DNA of 49,057 nt, taken from Phoronis australis (taxonomy: Eukaryota > Animalia > Phoronida). The notes below the pieces were generated by a model. The model was not told the DNA's origin and made no database searches. It saw only the letters and a program-made list of their open reading frames with translations. The stretch is taken from the NCBI GenBank assembly GCA_002633005.1, contig NMRA01001133.1, forward strand, positions 1-49,057, written 5' to 3'. This document shows, in pieces, positions 1 to 11,105 of this stretch; positions within the stretch are counted from its first letter, which is position 1; every line of letters starts with the position of its first letter. The position numbers and the translations under genes were made by a program.

Positions 1-28
1 ACACACACACACACACACACACACACAA
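1..28. repeat. (AC)n microsatellite, cut by the window edge
   Basis: 14 perfect AC units at the window start. Confidence 0.95.
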
Positions 29-129
29 CATGAATAACTTAAACGCAGACTAATCTGGACGTAACTGCTGATGGTTACGTAAGAAAATAAAATATTGGGC
101 GACAGTGATAACATAATTAATCGACAGGG

Positions 130-779
130 AGAGTTAAATCGAAAAACATGTGTTTGTTTTTTTAGATTGCATTAGGGACATATATCTGAGTTAACAATCT
201 TCATCTTATATAACAAAGAGTTAACATACACCTGATTATGCAACAACATGTACTCAGAAGATTTAATGCATGGATCGATAGGAAGTGCAACAGGCAAGGA
301 ATGATTTTTATTTTTGATATTTTATTTAGAGTAATGCTGCAACAAATTTTCCTAGTCCTCTCGTTTTTTGCAATACTTCTGTAACAAAATATCTTGTTAT
401 TCTTTCTTTATTGTAGTCTAAGCAAATGTTTTTGAAGCGTATGAATCGGTTTTCCTGCCAAACAAAATCATTATTTTTTTGATTTGATTACACAAATCAC
501 TTGTCATGCAAGGACAGATATGACAAGAATCAACAGTATTAACAACGACAATTCTTCCCTTACTTGTTCATTTTCTTGTTTTTCAATTTTTTAAAACTTG
601 CATTTGTAAAATTCGTATGGTAAACCACCATTGCTCGATGTTTTATTGTTTTGGGATTGTTTTAAAGCTTCAAAGCGCTCCTCCTTTGTGATCTCTTGTT
701 CTAATAATACGGAAAGATCATCTCTCAGTACTTTCCCACTAGGCAGAGTAAATTTATCAGAGAATGTTTTGTATCTGTT
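130..779 (-). mobile_element. L1/Tx1-type LINE ORF2 remnant, 3' part (RT core deleted)
   Basis: Minus strand 591-779 reads LEQEITKEERFEALKQSQNNKTSSNGGLPYEFYKC, the pre-RT 'KxPGxDGLPxEFYK' motif. Positions ~140-250 read LHNQVYVNSLLYKMKIVNSDICP*C...KHMFFD, resembling the C-terminal CCHC finger. Stops and frameshifts are present. Confidence 0.75.
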
Positions 780-956
780 TACTTGGCGGAATTCTTCGAA
801 TTCCGACAACTATGTTGCTCTGCCATCAAGTTTGTTTTTACTTTTAAATTTCGCCAAGTATGCTGGTCTTCCACCAAGTTTTTACTTGGCGGAATTCTTC
901 CGCCAAGTATGTTGCTCTGTCGTCAAGTTTTTTTATTTTTACTTGGCGGAATTCTG
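780..956 (+). repeat. Cluster of four stacked HINE 5' heads (~50-bp units)
   Basis: Repeated, partly degenerate TACTTGGCG(G/A)AA..TT(C/T)CGCCAAGTATGTTG(C/G)TCT-N6-AAG-T-run units. Confidence 0.8.
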
Positions 957-3197
957 GTCGCAGTTTTCGGCCGATCCGCACGAAATTTGCACACGACGTG
1001 TAGATCGGAAAGTCGTGGAAGCCTATTGTTTTTGGTCATGATCGGATACAAAATGGCGGACGTGGCGGCCATTTAGTATCCGATTTCACAAACAAATGGT
1101 CGTAGAGGCCGCATTTTTAATGTACCTGGCTGAAAATCAACACGATTATACTACAACGCATGTGTTACAACTGTGCAGAAAATCGTTGTCTTCCAGTCAA
1201 GGATGGCGGAAAAATTGGAAGTCGCGCATGCGCACCCCAAAATATGGCCAAAACGTTTTCTCCTGTAGAGGGCGCATTTGCGAACCAATCACTTTCACAC
1301 TTTTTTTTTACTTTCACACTGGTCACGTGTGTTTTAAGTTCAACAAGCTTTTGTAAAAGTTTATTGAACCGGAAGTCACTTTCAAGATGGCGGATGTGGC
1401 GCATATTCACACGGTTTCAATCGTTCTGCTGTAGCGTTTTTAACGGGAAGAGCAAATGACGTGAATTTTTGCATGTTGATTCCTTTAAGTATGGCCTTTC
1501 AAAATGTCTGTGAGAGCGTATTTCTCAGACTTACCGTTTTCGAGTTATTTGACTTTGAATTTCAGAAAAAAACCCGCAAATTTTCAATTGTTTCGAATTT
1601 TTTTGGATTTTTGCCAAACTATCACCTTAGATAGAGTTTTGAACGGGCTTCCAGAAGATATTTTACATTTTGCGCTACGATCTTTCCTTTTTGAATTATT
1701 GGAGATTTTCGGATACTGTTGTTCCTTCGGTCACCTATGCAAGCACGCAGCTGGCTGGCTTTCAGTTCACTTTGTTTTGGTTATGCCTAGTTGACCCCGA
1801 CTGACCCAGCCAGCACTGTCCTACTGTAGACTGGAATTCCAGGCCAAATACTTTTAACTTTGCTCTGCAGACTGTCACATAGCGCCACCTATTTTGGAAT
1901 GTGGGAACAAAGCATGACTCGTCCGTCATGTTGCGCCATCTATTGTTCTTTATTGTAGTTGATTGTATGCTCTCTATTTGATTTCTTCGCTAGTCAAATG
2001 AATGTTATGGTGCTATTCATAATTGCCGCCTTGATCGTCATGATTGTCGTCGTCCTCCCCATCGTCGTCTTTTCTATTAATTCCGCCAAGTGTCGGTCCT
2101 CCGAGCGCTCTCGTTTTTTGTTCGCACTCTACAGGTCGCAATTTTCGTCCGATTTTCACGAAATTTGCACACGACGTGTAGAACAGAAAGTCCTGAAAGC
2201 CTGTCGTTTTTAGTCATGATCGGATACAAAATGGCGGACGTGGCGGCCATTTTGTATCCGATTTCACAGTCAAATGCTCGTAGAGGCCGCATTTTTCAAT
2301 GTACATGGCTGAAAATCTGTACGATTATACTAAAACGCATGTGCTACAGATGTGCTGAAAATCTTTGACTTCCGGTCAAAGATGGCGGAAATATTGGAAG
2401 TGGCGCATGCGCACACCGAAATATGGCCAATTACGTTTTCTCCTGTAGAGGGCGCATTTGCAGACCAATCACTTTCAAACTGGTCACGTGTTTGTTGAGT
2501 TTAATAACCTTTTATAAAATTTTGTTTAACTGGAAGTCACTTTCAAGATGGCGGGATTGGCGCATGCTCACACGTTTTCAATCGTTCTGGGGTCGTGTTT
2601 TTAGCGGGAAGAGCAAATAATGAGAATTTTTGCATGTGGATTCCTTGAAGTATGATCTTTCAAAAAGTCTGCGAGAGCGTATTTCTCAGACTTAACATTT
2701 TCGAGTTATTTGACTTTGAATTTCAAAAAAACCGGCAGTTTTTCAATTTTTTTCGAAAATTTTTTTGATTTTCCCAAACTATCACTTTAAATAGAGTTTT
2801 GAACTGGCTTCCAAAAAATATTTCCCATCTTGCGCTACGACGTCTACTTTTTGAATTATTGGAAATTTTCGGATACCGTTGTTCCACTTCGGTCACCTAT
2901 GCAAGGACCCAGCTGGCTGGCTTTCAGTTCACTTTGTTTTGGTTATGCCTAGTTGACCCAGACTGACCCAGCCAGCACTGTCCTACTGTAAACTGGACCG
3001 TCTTGTTGCGCCATCTATTGTTCTTTATTGTGGTTGATTGTATGCTCTCTATTTGATTTCTTCGCTAGTCACATTAATGTTATCGTGTTATTCATAATTG
3101 CCGCCTTGATCGTCATGATTGTCGTCGTCACCCTCATCGTCGTCTTTTCGATTAATTCCGCCAAGTGTCGGTCCTCTGAGCGCTCTCGTTTTTTTTT

Positions 3198-3360
3198 TAC
3201 TTGGCGAAATTAATTTCGCCAAGTATGTTGCTCTTCCACTAAGTTTGTTTTTACTTGGCGGAATTCTTCCGCCAAGTATGTTGGTCTGACAGCAAGTTTT
3301 TTTTTTCCTTGGCGAAATAAATTTCGCCAAGTATGTTGCTCTTCCACTAAGTTTTTTTTG
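3198..3360 (+). repeat. Cluster of three stacked HINE 5' heads
   Basis: Hairpins start at 3198 (GAAA type), 3252 (GGAA type) and ~3308 (GAAA type). Each is followed by TATGTTG(C/G)TCT-N6-AAGTTT. Confidence 0.85.
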
Positions 3361-6300
3361 TTTGTTCGCACGATACAGGTCGCAATTTTCGTCTGATCAT
3401 CACGAAATTTACACATAACATATACTTCCGGAAGTCCTGGAAGCTTATTGTTTTTCGTGAAAAATCGGATCCAAGATGACGGCTGTGGCGGCCATTTTGT
3501 TTTCATTTAAAGGTTCAAATGCTTCTGGAGGCTACAATTTTCTACGTAAAAGGCTAAGAATCGGCACAGTAAATGGAACGGATGATTTCTACAAGTATAC
3601 CGGAATTTTTTTATTTCCGGTTAAAGATGGCGGAAATATCGGCGATCGCGCATGTGCACCTCGATTTGGCCTAAAAACGTTTTCTCCTGTAGAGGGCGCA
3701 TTATAAGACCAATTCCTTCGAATTTTTACAGGTATTAGTTTCTTAGGACATGCTATTATACAAAGCCAAAAAACCGGAAGTTGCTTTCAAGATAGCGGAT
3801 CTGGCGCATGTTGACCCATTTTCAGTCGTCTGGAGTGCGATTTTAAACGGGAAGAGAAAAAGACGTGATTTTTTGCATGTGGATTTTTTAAAGAGTGTTC
3901 TTTCAAATGGCATGTAACAATTTTTTCTCAGACTTACCGTTTTCGAGTTATTTGACTTTGAATTTCTTTAAAAAAAACGCACAATTTCATTTTTTTTTCG
4001 AAAAAATCACGGAATTAGGCGATATCATCAGTTTAGATAGAATTTTGAACGGGCTTTCAGAAGATGTTTTTCATTTTTCGCTAGATCGTCTACTTTTCGA
4101 GTTATTTGAGATTTTGTGATACCGCTGTTCCTTTGTTGAGCGCTCTTGTTGCATTGATGTTGGTTGTTCTCTAATGAAGTAGACTGTAGCCTATTTCTTA
4201 TTGATTTATGACATCTAATTTCGTCATATGAATGTTGTGATGTTGTTCATCATCGCCACCAGCATCATCATATTCGTCATCATCGTCATCATCTTTGTCA
4301 TCATCTCCGTCGTTGTCTTATCCGTTAATTTCGCCAAGTGTCGCACAAGACTGTAGCCTTTTTCTTACTGATTTCGGACTTCTACGTTCGTCATGTGTAT
4401 GTTATTATTACTTCTTTTGTTCATCTTCGCCACTATCGTCGTCATATTCGTCCTCTTCGTCATCATCTTTATCGTCATCTTTTTGGTTATTTTTTGTTTC
4501 TTCGCACGATACAGGTCGCAATTTTCGTCCGATCATCACGAAATTAACACATAACACGTACTTCCGGAAGTACTGGTAGCCTATTGTTTTTCGTTAAAAT
4601 CGGACACAAGATGGCGGCTGTGGCGGCCATTTTGTTTTCGTTTAAAGGTTCAAATGCTTCTGGAGGCTACAATTTTTTACGTAAAAGACTAAGAATCGGC
4701 ACAGTAAATAGACCTGAAGTTTGCTACAAGTATACTGGAAATTGTTTACTTCCGGTCAAAGATGGTGGAAATATCGGCGATCGCGCATGCGCACCTCGAT
4801 TTTGGCCTAAAACGTTTTCTCCTGTAGAGGGCGCATTATAAGACTAATTCCTTCGAATTTTTACAGGCATTAGTTTCTTATGACATGCTATTATACAAAG
4901 CCAAGAAACCGGAAGTTGCTTTCAAGATGGCGGATCTGGCGCATGTTGACCCATTTTCAGTCGTCTGGAGTGCGATTTTAAACGGGAAGAGAAAAAGACG
5001 TGATTTTTTGCATGTGGATTTTTTAAAGTGTGTTCTTTCAAATGGCATGTAACAATTTTTTCTCAGACTTACCGTTTTTGAGTTATTTGACTTTGAATTT
5101 CTTTAAAAAAAACGCACAATTTCATTTTTTTTCGAAAAAATTACGGAATTAGGCGATACCATCAGTTAAGATAGAATTTTGAACGGGCTTTCAGAAGATG
5201 TTTTTCATTTTTCGCTAGATCGTCTACTTTTCGAGTTATTTGAGATTTTGTGATACCGCTGTTCCTTTGTTGAGCGCTCTTGTTGCATTGATGTTGGTTG
5301 TTCTCTAATGAAGTAGACTTTAGCCTATTTCTTATTGATTTATGACATCTAAGTTCGTCATATGAATGTTGTGATGTTGTTCATCATCGCCACCAGCATC
5401 ATCATATTCGTCATCATTGTCATCATCTTCGTCATCATCTTCGTCGTTGTCTTATCCGTTAATTTCGCCAAGTGTCGCACAAGACTGTAGCCTTTTTCTT
5501 ACTGACTTCGGACTTCTACGTTCGTCATGTGTATGTTATTATTACTTCTTTTGTTCATCCTCGCCACCATCGTCGTCATATTCGTCGTCTTCGTCATCAT
5601 CTTTATCGTCATCTTTTTGGTTAATTTCGCCAAGTTTCGCTCCTCGGAGCGCTTTCATTTGTTTGTTCGCACGATACAGGTCGCAATTTTCATCCGATCA
5701 TCACGAAATTTACTCATAACACGTAGTTCCGGAAGTTTTGGAAGCCTATTGTATTTTGTCATAATCGGATCCAAGATGGCGGCTGTGGCGGCCATTTCGT
5801 TTCCATTTTCAGATTCAAAGGCTTCTGGAGGCTACAAAGCTGAAAATTGGCACTATTATTGGACTGGATGTTCTCTGCAGGTACCCCGGAAATTGTTCAC
5901 TTCCGTTCAAAGATGGTGGAAATATTGGCAATCGCGCATGCGCACCTCGATTTCGGGAAAAAAATGTTTTCTCCTGTAGAGAGCGCATTATAAGGCTAAT
6001 TCCTTCGAAAATTTCCAGATATTAGATTTTAATGACTTGCTATTATATAAAGCCCAAAAACCGGAAGTTGCTTTCAAGATGGCGGATCTGGCGCATGTTG
6101 ACCCATTTTCAGTCGTTCTGAGGTGCCATTTAAACGGGATAAGGAAATGACATGAATTTTTGCATGTGGATTGTCTAATGTATATTCTTTTAAATGAACT
6201 TGAACAATTTTTTTCTAAGACTTACTGTTTTCGAGTTATTTGACTTTCAATTTCTTAAAAAAGCGCAAAATTTAACTTTTTCGAAAAATTTACAAAAGTG

Positions 6301-8497
6301 CGTGATAATATCAATTTAGATAGAATTTTGAATGGCCTTTCAGATGACATCTTTCATTTTTTGCTAGGACTTCTACTTTTTGAATTATTTGAGACTTTCT
6401 GATAGCGTTGTTCCTTTGTTAAGCGCTCTTACTGCATTGATGTTGGTTTAGCTTCTATTGAACAAGACTGTAGCCTATTTCTTACTGATTTATGACATCT
6501 AAGTGCGTCATATGAATGTTATGATGTTGTGCAGCATCATCACTATCGTCATCATATTTGTCATCTTCGTCATCATCTCCGTCGTCGTCTTTGAGTTAAT
6601 TTCGCCAAGTGTCGCTCAAGACTTTAGCCTATACTTACTGATGTCTGGCCTCTACGTTCGTCTTGTGAATGTTATCATTACTTGAATTGTTCATTATCGT
6701 CACCATCGTCGTCATATTCGTCGTCTTAGTCATCATCTCTATCGTCGTCTTTTCTGTTAATTTCGACAAGTGTCGCTCCTCGCGGTTTTATTTTTTTTGT
6801 TTGGTTGTTCGAACGATACAGGTCGCAATTTCCGTCTGATGATCAAAAAATTTACACATAACACGTAGTTTCCAAAGTTCGGGAAGCCTATTGTTTTTCG
6901 TCATAATCAGATCCAAGATGGCGGATATGGCGGCCATTTTGTTTTCATTTTAAGATTCAAATGCTCCTGGAGGCTATATTTTGTACGTACAGGGCTGAAA
7001 ATCAGTACAATTATTGTAGAAGGCACGTGCTACATATGTACCGGAAATTGTTAACTTCCAGTTAAAGATGGCGGAAATATCGGCAATCGCGCATGCGCAC
7101 CTCGATTTTGGAAAAAAAACATTTTCTACTGTAGAGGGCGCATTATAGAGGCAATTCCTCCAAATTTTTTCAGGAGTTAGTTTCTTATGACATTCTATTA
7201 TTCGGATCTAAAAAACCGGAAGTTGATTCCAAGATGGCGGATTTGGCCCATGTTGACCTATTTTCATTCGTGCTGGAGTGCCATTTTAAACGGGAAGAGA
7301 GAATGACGTGAATTTTTGCATGTGGATTCTTTGAAGTACAGCCTTTCAAATTACCTCTGACAATTTTTTCTCAGACTTACCGTTTTCGAGGTATTTGAAT
7401 TTGAATTTCTTATAAAAACGCAAAATTTCATTTTTTTCGAATAATTTACGGAATTATGTGATACTTTCAATTTAGTTTTGAACGGGATTTCAGAAGATAT
7501 TTTTCATTTTCCGCTACGACGTCTACTTTTTGAATTATTCGAGATTTTCTGATAGCGCTGTTCCTTTGTTGAGCGCTGTTACTGCATTGATGTTGGCTAA
7601 AAGCCAAGTATGGTGCCAAAATGACTATTTTTACATCTAAAATACATTTATTGATAAAAAAACATCAAAATACGGTGTCATAGCATACCCCAGTCCTTAA
7701 TTAAATAGGCCTTCGACAATACAGTAGCCCTATCACGAACCTCATTTAGCGCCAAAAAACTTGAGACGGCGCTTGCGCCAATCGAAGTTTATGACATCAT
7801 CGTTACTACGAATTTGGCTTTCACCGTGTCTCCACAGTATTGGAATCAGCGATGCGATGACTGGCCATTTAATTTAGTGCAAAATACGTGGAAAATCAAG
7901 GAAACACACTAATTTTTCATTTCATGTCAGTTAATATTAAAATTGATCAAAATCATTTCCTTTAGAATTTTTTATTCAATTATTTAGCACGTATTCTAAT
8001 ACGGGCCCGTATGGTTATCCCGGCAGTGACTGGGGCCGTCGAAACAGCCGGAAAAACAAAACGCTTCGTCTGAATTGTTATTAGCAATTTCACAATGTGT
8101 ATTATAAAGAGTAATTTGCTTGATACAAAAACTTTGATGTTCGGAACTTAGCATTCATGTCCTTTTGAAGCCAAAAGTGTGAACGCTGCGCGATTTCAAT
8201 ACGGGCGGCTGTCGAGTGAGTGTCCCGTATTGGTATAGGCGACAAAATGCCATTTAATTTGGTGCAAAATACTTGGAAACGTTACAACACATATCAGCTT
8301 GATGTTTTCGTACAAAGCAATTAAATAATCAAATTCATTGAAAACTTGATTTTAGAAACTCAATTTTCAAAATAAATCGCCTTGAAATGCTGCAACCCGT
8401 AGCCTAATCGCCGCCATTTTGACTCTAGACCGGGATCCCAGACCTTTTTTGGGCAGGAAAAGGTAACCAATTTTCTTTGGTGCCACAGTGCTGTATG

Positions 8498-8551
8498 GGT
8501 ATCCTGATGCTTGGAAATGGCCGTCTGGCCATTTCCAAGCATCAGGATACC
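8498..8551. repeat. Perfect 25-bp inverted repeat with a 4-nt loop
   Basis: GGTATCCTGATGCTTGGAAATGGCC-gtct-GGCCATTTCCAAGCATCAGGATACC. Confidence 0.95.
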
Positions 8552-8879
8552 AGTTCCGGCAATTTGTTGTGACAGTACGCAATCGCGTGGCAGCAAAGAA
8601 CAGTTGATAGAAGAATAAACCGGGGGAAAAGAAACTGTTCAGGTCAGGTGACGTAATCGCAAAACGCCGACACACAAGAGCGCACTTCAATTTTAGCAGT
8701 AGGCCTAGATGAGCGGTAGGACGATAATTCTTCCAACTCCGGTAATTAATTTGGTTTACTCAAAGAGCGGTGCAGCTTTTAATGACACTATTTCTGAGTC
8801 AGATTTTATTCAGTCATTTTTACCCACATCGACACGAAGCTGTAGATTTTGTATAGCCTACAGCTTTGCACCAAGCCTA

Positions 8880-9036
8880 AAACAGATCTTGCCGATCGGG
8901 AAAGTTTGTCGCCAGTCCTTGTCGTGGATACGCATCTATTCCACGCACGGCACACGACGTGCTCGGTTGGGAAGTTGTGCAAATGTATCCCATTGTCGCT
9001 GACATTGCTACACCCGCACACCACGCAAAGAGGCAT
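8880..9036 (-). pseudogene. THAP zinc-finger N-terminus, frameshifted
   Basis: MPLCVVCGCSNVSDNGIHLHNFPTEHVVCRAWNRCVSTTR, then KDWRQTFPIGKIC in a shifted frame. This matches the THAP C-x4-C, FP, W, R, W, C pattern. Confidence 0.75.
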
Positions 9037-10621
9037 TTTAGCCCAGAAATCGACAAGTACAGAACGTTCAAAAAGTAGCACTCAGCTGTTACGCAGTGTG
9101 GCTTCCCAGAGATTTCGTGGCCACGATGATGTCATATGAACCTCTTTACGCTGATTGGTTGAGATCTTTTCTGGGGCGCTCGAGGGGGCTACGAATTATG
9201 AGCAGTGTAATTTGCGTTGCAATTACTTACTTTCCGTGGTATGTAAGAAGCAAAAACAATATTTTTTATGAACAATACATACATTTCTGGTGTCAAAAAG
9301 GTGTTTTAGCCTCCGGACGCTGTCTTTAAGCTTCAATTGAAAAAGACTGTAGCCTATTTCTTACTGATTTATGACATCTAAGTTCGTCATATGAATGTCA
9401 TGATGTTTGTTCATCATCGCCCCCACCATCATCATATTCGTCATCTTCGTCATCATCTTCGTCATCATCTCAGTTGTTGTCTTTTCAGTTAATTTCACCA
9501 AGTGTCGCTCAAGTATGTTGGTCTGACAGCAAGTTTTTTTACTTAGCAAAACTAATAATTTAGATAGAGTTTGGAACGGGCTTTCAGAAGATGTTTTCCA
9601 TTTTTCGCTAGGACGTCTACTTTTCGAATTATTTGAGATTTTCTGATAGCGCTGTTCCATTGTTGAGCGCTCTTACTGCATTGATGTTGGTTTAGTATAT
9701 TTGAATAAGACTGTAGCTTATTTCTTACTTATTTATGACATCTAAGTTCGTCGTATGAATGTTATGATGTTGTTCATCATCGCCACCTTCATCATCACAA
9801 TCATCATCCTCGTTAATTTTGCCTATTGTCGCTCAAGACTGTAGGTAGCACTGAACAGTCAGGAGCATTTTCTAGTCCCTAGAATTTATGTTAAGGGCGT
9901 GTGTCAGGTTTGGCGGGTGTTTTGAGAAAATTGTTGGCAAAAATTGCCAGGAAACTTATTTACTTGTTTTTTGAATGAGAAAAGCCAAATTTTACCTACT
10001 TTTGATGCAAACTGGTGGCTGTCATTTGCGATCAACCTCGTCCTGTCGTCTGCTGTCCTAGAAACCCCTGTGCGATTTCAGGTGGCTGTTAGACAGATCA
10101 GATTTGCCAAAAAGTACATGTAGCTGGTAAGAATTTAACTATGACCACATAGTTAGAATCTAGTGAGGACGAGCATTCTGAATCTGTAGTCAGACTCTTT
10201 CTAGCACTTGCAGGGAAGTGGTTATTCCGGGTGGAAAATTGTCAAATTTGGCGTTTTTTTGCAAATAGTTTTGTGTGCCGGGATTTTCTTGCCATGTATA
10301 TTAACCGATCAAAAATCTGTACAGTTCGATAAAGTTTTAAACGGGCTTTCATGAGATATTTTTCATTTTTCGCTAGGACGTCTTAACTTTTCTAATTATT
10401 CGAGATTTTCTGATAACGCTGTTCCTTTGTTGAGCGATTTGCTGCACAGTGATTGGTTCACTGAACAAGACAGTAGCCTATTTCTTACTGATTTCTGACA
10501 TCTTCAGTAGTCATATGAATGTTATCGTGTTGCTCATAATCCTCACTATCACCATCAAAATCGTCATCGTCGTCGCCTTTTGGGTTAACTTCGCCAAGTG
10601 TTGCTCCTGCGAGCGCTCTCG

Positions 10622-11105
10622 TTTTGTTCTTGGGTCAATCCGCCATTTGATCCCAGTTCCGTTATGTTTTAACCGTGGCTTTTTCAAGATTCAAAGAATA
10701 TTCAGAATTTGTTTTACCTTCTTCCACCCACTGATTTTTACTTCTAACAATCATACCTTTTATTACTTGGGTTTGCAAAATTTCTAGGTTTAATTTGCAT
10801 TTGTTTCGACATGTGTATTTAACTATTCGGTATTTTAATAACTGTTTCTATTGTCTATTTCTAGAACATACGCGTTTTTAAATTTGTATTGACTTGTGTC
10901 AAGTTTTCGTTTTTAAAAAATCCCAAGACATCTTTTCATCCTCTTTGTTCTCCGTCATGTACTGATTAGCAATAATTTCTCCCATCTCATTCATGTAGTC
11001 TTTTTCAAGAAGTAAGCTGTTATTTAATTTCCTGAAACACGGTGCTGGTTGAGAGTTACCAAGATTAACATTAAGCGTAATAGATGAATGATGCGAATAT
11101 ATACA
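10622..11105 (-). mobile_element. L1/Tx1-type LINE ORF2 remnant, 5' part (end of endonuclease plus linker); continues into 130-779
   Basis: Reads HHSSITLNVNLGNSQPAPCFRKLNNSLLLEKDY...WDFLK and IKGMIVRSKNQWVEEGKTNSEYSLNLEK. These match the L1/Tx1 'SDH..WKLNxSLL' and 'IRSRxxWxEEGEKxxKYFxxLEK' motifs. Confidence 0.85.

Larger units (their letters stand above)
7602..9325 (-). mobile_element. Kolobok-like DNA transposon remnant inserted in a HINE body
   Basis: It interrupts the HINE exactly between ...GATGTTGG (7596) and GCTTC(A)ATTGAA (9330). The right end is ...GTCT|TTAA. The left ~65 bp are a loose inverted match to the right end. It contains a THAP remnant. A TTAA target, AG termini and a THAP domain together fit Kolobok. 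Confidence 0.55.
780..10621 (+). mobile_element. Composite array of non-autonomous Helentron/DINE-1-like (HINE) elements, about 8 bodies of two subtypes
   Basis: Starts with degenerate and intact copies of the TACTTGGCGGAA-ttc-TTCCGCCAAGTA hairpin and ends with subTIR TTCGCCAAG plus stem-loop GCTC-ctgc-GAGC-GCTCTCG-TTTT. Homologous ~1.1-1.2 kb bodies lie at ~955-2113, 2120-3188, 3360-4490, 4500-5657, 5665-6786, 6810-7596(+9330-9510), with partial ones at 9550-9840 and 10320-10621. There is no coding capacity, the flanks are T runs, and no TSD is seen. Confidence 0.8.

Noticed and set aside
780-956. CRISPR-like array of palindromic repeats (also at 3198-3360 and 34846-35050)
   Set aside because: The spacers are homologous to one another with only ~6 variable nt plus T runs, there are no cas genes, the context is eukaryotic, and the repeat is the transposon 5' terminus
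4295-5979. Hydrophobic or Ser-rich ORFs resembling membrane proteins (also near 26434-26791, 33560 and 35916-36277)
   Set aside because: They are translations of the CAT/CGT triplet tracts in the HINE, and frames and stops are not conserved between copies
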